DNA of 21,946 nt, taken from NCBI GenBank assembly GCA_029932605.1, contig JAOZPT010000044.1, positions 1-21,946 of the forward strand, read 5' to 3'. The translations under genes were made by a program, and so were the position numbers. The notes beneath the pieces are model-generated. The model was given only the letters and a program-made list of their open reading frames with translations, had not been told where the DNA came from and searched no databases. The DNA comes from Candidatus Zixiibacteriota bacterium (GTDB taxonomy: Bacteria > Zixibacteria > MSB-5A5 > UBA10806 > 4484-95). Within the stretch, counting starts at the first letter, position 1; each line of letters starts with the position of its first letter. This document shows, piece after piece, positions 18,390 to 21,946 of the stretch.

Positions 18390-18935
18390 ATGCATGAAAG
18401 ATTATATATTGTTCCTTTAGATGATGGGACACGGAGGTTCAGCGAGTGGCTTTTATCAGAACTATGTCGTAAGTTCAACCTTAAACCGCAATCAGGTATA
18501 GTTTCTCGTTTGCCGGAAGAGGCCTACAACGCAAAACTTAATCAATATTATGCTAATCCTATTTTAAGTAAACTTGAGTTATTGAAAGGTTCTGATTTTG
18601 AAATGATCCTGGCTCTTACTGAGGAGGACCTTTATACCCCGAATAAGAATTTTGTTATGGGTCAGGCTAACAGTGTTAGCCACACAGCCATAGTAAGCAT
18701 TTTCCGGATAAAGCCTGAATTTTACGGTTTGCCCGAGGATGAACAGCTTCTGAGAACCCGCTTGTTAAATGTAGCATCTCATGAAACAGGGCATATGCTG
18801 GGTTTGAAAAATTGCAATAATCCTGAGTGCCAGATGAATGAAGCTGATACTGTCACCGAACTTGATAACCGTCCGGATACTTTCTGCACAAATTGTATCC
18901 TGAACTTGACTTTGCCTACAAAAGTGAAAATTTGA
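18390..18935 (+). CDS. Archaemetzincin (peptidase M54) family protein with altered Zn motif
   Basis: AYN...QY, DLY...NFVMGQA, AIVS..R, HETGHMLGLKNC-x4-CQM-x16-CTNC. Confidence 0.88.
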   Translation: MHERLYIVPLDDGTRRFSEWLLSELCRKFNLKPQSGIVSRLPEEAYNAKLNQYYANPILSKLELLKGSDFEMILALTEEDLYTPNKNFVMGQANSVSHTAIVSIFRIKPEFYGLPEDEQLLRTRLLNVASHETGHMLGLKNCNNPECQMNEADTVTELDNRPDTFCTNCILNLTLPTKVKI

Positions 18936-18976
18936 TTTTCAGGTAAATTAGACGATTACGACAAAATTTATATTCA

Positions 18977-19183
18977 CTATTTTAAAATGTCTAAGGTTCG
19001 TCTGTGTTCCTGTTTTCCATGAGCCGATATCGCTATTTCGGCATTGTTTCTGATCCCTTGTTTTACGAAATTTACATATTTTCTTGCCATAACAACATCC
19101 TGGATTTCTGATAATGATGCGATAAGGTTGTTCACTTCTGTTTGTAAAATGCTCTTCCCACGTTTATTCGTTTGTTGGTTCAT
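18977..19183 (-). CDS. 68-aa hypothetical protein (MNQQTNKRGKSILQ...RRTLDILK)
   Basis: Strong SD AAGGAGGTGATC directly before the ATG at 19183, with a sigma54-like promoter just upstream. Confidence 0.7.
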   Translation of the reverse strand: MNQQTNKRGKSILQTEVNNLIASLSEIQDVVMARKYVNFVKQGIRNNAEIAISAHGKQEHRRTLDILK

Positions 19184-19217
19184 GATCACCTCCTTGTGAT
19201 TGTTCATGCATATATCC

Positions 19218-19235
19218 ATGCAAATTAAATACCTG
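19218..19235 (-). promoter_or_regulatory. sigma54 (-24/-12) promoter
   Basis: Minus strand CAGGTATTTAATTTGCAT = GG-N10-GC, resembling TGGCAC-N5-TTGCW. Predicted TSS near 19208. Confidence 0.65.
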
Positions 19236-19339
19236 AATAAGTTGATGTTTGAGTGAACGTTTAATTTTAGAAGCCATTCATAGTCATAGGATTATCCAAT
19301 ATTCTACGAATTAGGTACTGTTATCTATTGTAGTTTTCA

Positions 19340-19373
19340 TGGGATTTCCCCATATTTTATTGGGAAATATACA
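19340..19373. promoter_or_regulatory. Tandem dyad sites, candidate enhancer (bEBP) binding sites
   Basis: TGGG-ATTTC-CCCA (19340-19352) and imperfect TGGG-AAATA-TACA (19361-19373), 21 bp apart. Confidence 0.4.
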
Positions 19374-19499
19374 TTAATTGACTGATTAAAATAGTGGAGC
19401 ACTTTGAAATATGCGGTAAAGAAAGCAAGGCTTGATATTTGTCTGATTTAATTGAAATTAGCCTGATTTACTCAAGAAATTATTTATTACATTTTTTTG

Positions 19500-19526
19500 T
19501 TGACATAAAAAAAATTATTATATAAT
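19500..19526 (+). promoter_or_regulatory. sigma70-type promoter for the repeat protein
   Basis: TTGACA (19500-19505) and TATAAT (19521-19526). The spacer is only 15 bp and contains a poly-A run. Confidence 0.55.
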
Positions 19527-19558
19527 TTAAACTTGTAATGCATCATTAGTGTCGAACA

Positions 19559-19579
19559 TTATGATGATAGTTATCATAA
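19559..19579. promoter_or_regulatory. Fur-family-like operator
   Basis: TTATGAT-GATAGTT-ATCATAA inverted repeat. Core TGATGAT-A-GTTATCA matches TGATAAT-N-ATTATCA at 12/14. Confidence 0.55.
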
Positions 19580-19618
19580 CAAATCAACAAACTAACGATC
19601 TAACCTAAAGGAGTTATC

Positions 19619-21673
19619 ATGAAAAAGCCGTTTCAAGTAGCTTTGCTGGTATTAGCCTGGGTATTTCTCATGGGTTTGCCGGCCTCTGCCCAACAGCCTG
19701 ATTTTGGTACTGTTAGTGGCATTGTAACAGTCCAGGATTCAGGTGAGCCGATACCCGGGGCAGTAATCAAAGCATATCATGTGAATGGACATCATTGGCC
19801 AGCGGCGATGGCATGGTCAGACTCTATAGGGAACTATGAATTTACAGTTCCTTATGGAGAGTATCATATCAAAGCAGAAAGATGGGGGTTTTTCCCAGAA
19901 TGGTGGGAGGAAGCCGCCAGCAGGCAGGATGCTACTCCGGTAACTGTTGATGAGGAGAATAACCCCGAGAACATTAACTTTACACTAACAGAGTTTACTA
20001 CCGAGGAAGGTTCAATCTCTGGCACTGTAACGGATGCTGGAACAACCGAGCCGATTGAGGAAGCGACTATAGCCCTTCATATGGTAGGCAATCCTCATTT
20101 CCACCGTGTAACCCATTCTCTTGAAGATGGTTCTTATTTGTTCGAAAATCTTCCCACGGGAACTTATATGCTTAACTGCTTTAAAGAGGGCTACTTCCCG
20201 GCCGAATATCCTGAACCGGTCGAGGTTAACGGTGATGATATTACCGGTATCGATTTTGCTCTCGAACAGCTAGTTATTGGTGGTATAGCTGGCATGGTTA
20301 CAGACGCAACGACCGATGAACCGATTGCTCATGCATGGGTTATAGCTACTCTTACCGAAGACCCGCATTTTCATCGCTGGGCTGTTACTAATGATGATGG
20401 CGAGTATGTGATGGAAATGCCATCGGGAACTTACCATATCGATGCCTGGGCGTATGGTTATATTCATGGTTCATTGGAGGAACCAGTCGTCGTTGAGGAT
20501 TCGATTGTAACTGGTGTAGATATCGCTTTGATGCCGATAGTTTTTGGCAGTATATCAGGAACTGTATATGATAGCATCACCGGTGAAACCATAGCTCATG
20601 CCATGGTAGAAGCTCGCATAATCCACGGTTGGCATAGAAGGCATGCCTGGTCAGATTCTGTCGGTAACTATACCTTGGAATATCTCAGACCCGGAGATTA
20701 CAGAGTGAATGCTTTTGCCCATGGATATTACCCTAAAGTATATCCGGATACCGTTACTATTGAAGGTGGTGAGAATGTCCCCGGTATAGATTTCTATCTT
20801 GTTCCTGCTGAGCCTTTTGATGGATATATTGCCGGTACTGTAACCGATGAGAATACATCCGAACCGGTTGCCGGTGCTTTGCTTGTTGCATTTGGATTTG
20901 GTCCCCCACATCATTTCCGTACAAGGTTTACCCGCTCTGGTGATGATGGTTCATACATATTTGAGAATCTACCACCGGTGGAATTTAAAGTATTATGCCT
21001 GTCTTTTGGTTATGAACCAGAGTTTTTCGATGACAAAGATAACTGGTGGGATGCCGATATCGTAACACCTGATGCTGATGATATTGATTTTGTTTTAACT
21101 CCAGCTGTTTCTGGTCCAAGAGTTTTGGCTGGTACAGTTACGGAAAACGGTTTGCCAGTAACTGGAGCTTTAGTGTTTGCAAAACAGGGTGATGAGGTAA
21201 AGGATATTACTGTTACATACCCTGATGGAAGTTACATTTTCGAGGGTATAGAATCGGGAGACTACATTATTGAGGTGTTAACCCCATCAGAAAACGAGGG
21301 CTCGCTTGAGAATGTGACCGTCCTGTTCTCTGACGTTTATGATGCGGACATTACGCTATGCTCAACATCTGTAGAAGATGATGTCAATTTGCCTTCTTCA
21401 ACAGCGCTTATGCAAAATTTCCCTAACCCCTTCAATGCCTCGACCAATATCAGATTCAATCTTGCAAAAAATACAGATGTCGAACTTTCAATCTATAACC
21501 TTCTGGGCAGGAAAGTGACAACATTGGTTTCAGGCAATATGACTGCTGGTTTGAAGTCAGTAACCTGGAACGGCAAGGACAACAGTGGCAATCAAGTGGC
21601 TTCCGGATTGTATCTCTATGTTTTAAAAACCGATGATGGTTCGCAGAGTAAACAGATGCTGTTACTGAAATAA
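19619..21673 (+). CDS. Secreted protein: six carboxypeptidase-regulatory-like (Cna-B-type) beta-sandwich repeats plus FlgD-Ig/T9SS type A-like C-terminal domain
   Basis: Signal peptide ending PASA, six GxIxGxVT...P(I/V)xxA...(D)GxY...GxY repeats, QNFPNPFN...IYNLLGRKV...WNGKD..G..VASGLYLY..MLLLK. SD AAGGAG at 19608-19613. Confidence 0.9.
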   Translation: MKKPFQVALLVLAWVFLMGLPASAQQPDFGTVSGIVTVQDSGEPIPGAVIKAYHVNGHHWPAAMAWSDSIGNYEFTVPYGEYHIKAERWGFFPEWWEEAASRQDATPVTVDEENNPENINFTLTEFTTEEGSISGTVTDAGTTEPIEEATIALHMVGNPHFHRVTHSLEDGSYLFENLPTGTYMLNCFKEGYFPAEYPEPVEVNGDDITGIDFALEQLVIGGIAGMVTDATTDEPIAHAWVIATLTEDPHFHRWAVTNDDGEYVMEMPSGTYHIDAWAYGYIHGSLEEPVVVEDSIVTGVDIALMPIVFGSISGTVYDSITGETIAHAMVEARIIHGWHRRHAWSDSVGNYTLEYLRPGDYRVNAFAHGYYPKVYPDTVTIEGGENVPGIDFYLVPAEPFDGYIAGTVTDENTSEPVAGALLVAFGFGPPHHFRTRFTRSGDDGSYIFENLPPVEFKVLCLSFGYEPEFFDDKDNWWDADIVTPDADDIDFVLTPAVSGPRVLAGTVTENGLPVTGALVFAKQGDEVKDITVTYPDGSYIFEGIESGDYIIEVLTPSENEGSLENVTVLFSDVYDADITLCSTSVEDDVNLPSSTALMQNFPNPFNASTNIRFNLAKNTDVELSIYNLLGRKVTTLVSGNMTAGLKSVTWNGKDNSGNQVASGLYLYVLKTDDGSQSKQMLLLK

Positions 21674-21702
21674 AAAAGATAAATATACAGAGAGAGGAAA
21701 CG

Positions 21703-21736
21703 ACAAAAGGGAGTGTATAAGCTCCCTTTTGTTTTT
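21703..21736 (+). terminator. Intrinsic terminator
   Basis: ACAAAAGGGAG (21703-21713) / CTCCCTTTTGT (21722-21732) perfect stem, then TTTT. Confidence 0.85.
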
Positions 21737-21809
21737 AGCCAATAATGTCTAAGTGACATTGATTTTTAGGGAAACGCTAAAATAAGTCGGAAAATGGACG
21801 ATAAAGCCC

Positions 21810-21837
21810 TTGACAGATATTATCGTTTATATATATT
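21810..21837 (+). promoter_or_regulatory. sigma70-type promoter for the tRNA
   Basis: TTGACA (21810-21815), 16 bp, TATATT (21832-21837). Confidence 0.6.
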
Positions 21838-21898
21838 GAATAAGTTTAGAGGTGTTTAGTACAGTACTTGAGATAAATGTTTTTGAAAATTAAATAAT

Positions 21899-21946
21899 GG
21901 GGCCGTAGTTCAGTTGGGAGAACGTTTGACTGGCAGTCAAAAGGTC
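21899..21946 (+). tRNA. tRNA-Ala(GGC), 3' truncated by window end
   Basis: GGGGCCG-TA-GTTC-AGTTGGGA-GAAC-G-TTTGA-CTGGCAG-TCAAA-AGGTC: acceptor 5' strand, D arm, anticodon arm with GGC. Confidence 0.92.

Noticed and set aside
19184..19195. GATCACCTCCTT as a 16S rRNA 3'-end fragment
   Set aside because: No flanking rRNA-like sequence. Better explained as the SD of the minus-strand ORF.
19207..19222. Second GGA-loop hairpin (TGCAT-GGATAT-ATGCA, minus strand) as another CsrA site
   Set aside because: Overlaps the sigma54 -12 element and would lie mostly upstream of the predicted TSS.
19700..21360. Internal repeats as a CRISPR array or DGR template/variable pair
   Set aside because: Similarity is protein-level with synonymous divergence (AWSDSIGNY vs AWSDSVGNY). 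No spacer periodicity, cas gene or reverse transcriptase in the window.

Overview
AT-rich bacterial window, almost all genes on the + strand. Two proteins end in a FlgD-Ig/T9SS-type-A-like C-terminal domain and there are LPS genes, which suggests an FCB-group diderm such as Zixibacteria (inference, not checked). Order: 3' end of a secreted protein; rluB-cmk-plsC-rpsA; a long envelope/housekeeping run (MsbA-like ABC exporter, O-antigen ligase, GT9, rel, pgeF, two outer-membrane beta-barrels, uppP, second GT9, AmrS radical SAM, class I aminotransferase, ROK kinase, small Cys protein); an archaemetzincin-like gene; a small minus-strand ORF; a secreted six-repeat beta-sandwich protein; and a truncated tRNA-Ala(GGC). 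No CRISPR array, transposase, prophage or defence system is visible. The most interesting signals lie in 18.0-21.7 kb: a repeat protein with a His-rich loop in five of six repeats and a Fur-like box in its leader, a 68-aa orphan ORF behind an apparent sigma54 promoter with enhancer-like and IHF-like sites and a CsrA-type hairpin over its SD, and an archaemetzincin lacking its third Zn-ligand His. S1 also carries a histone-H1-like basic N-terminal tail.
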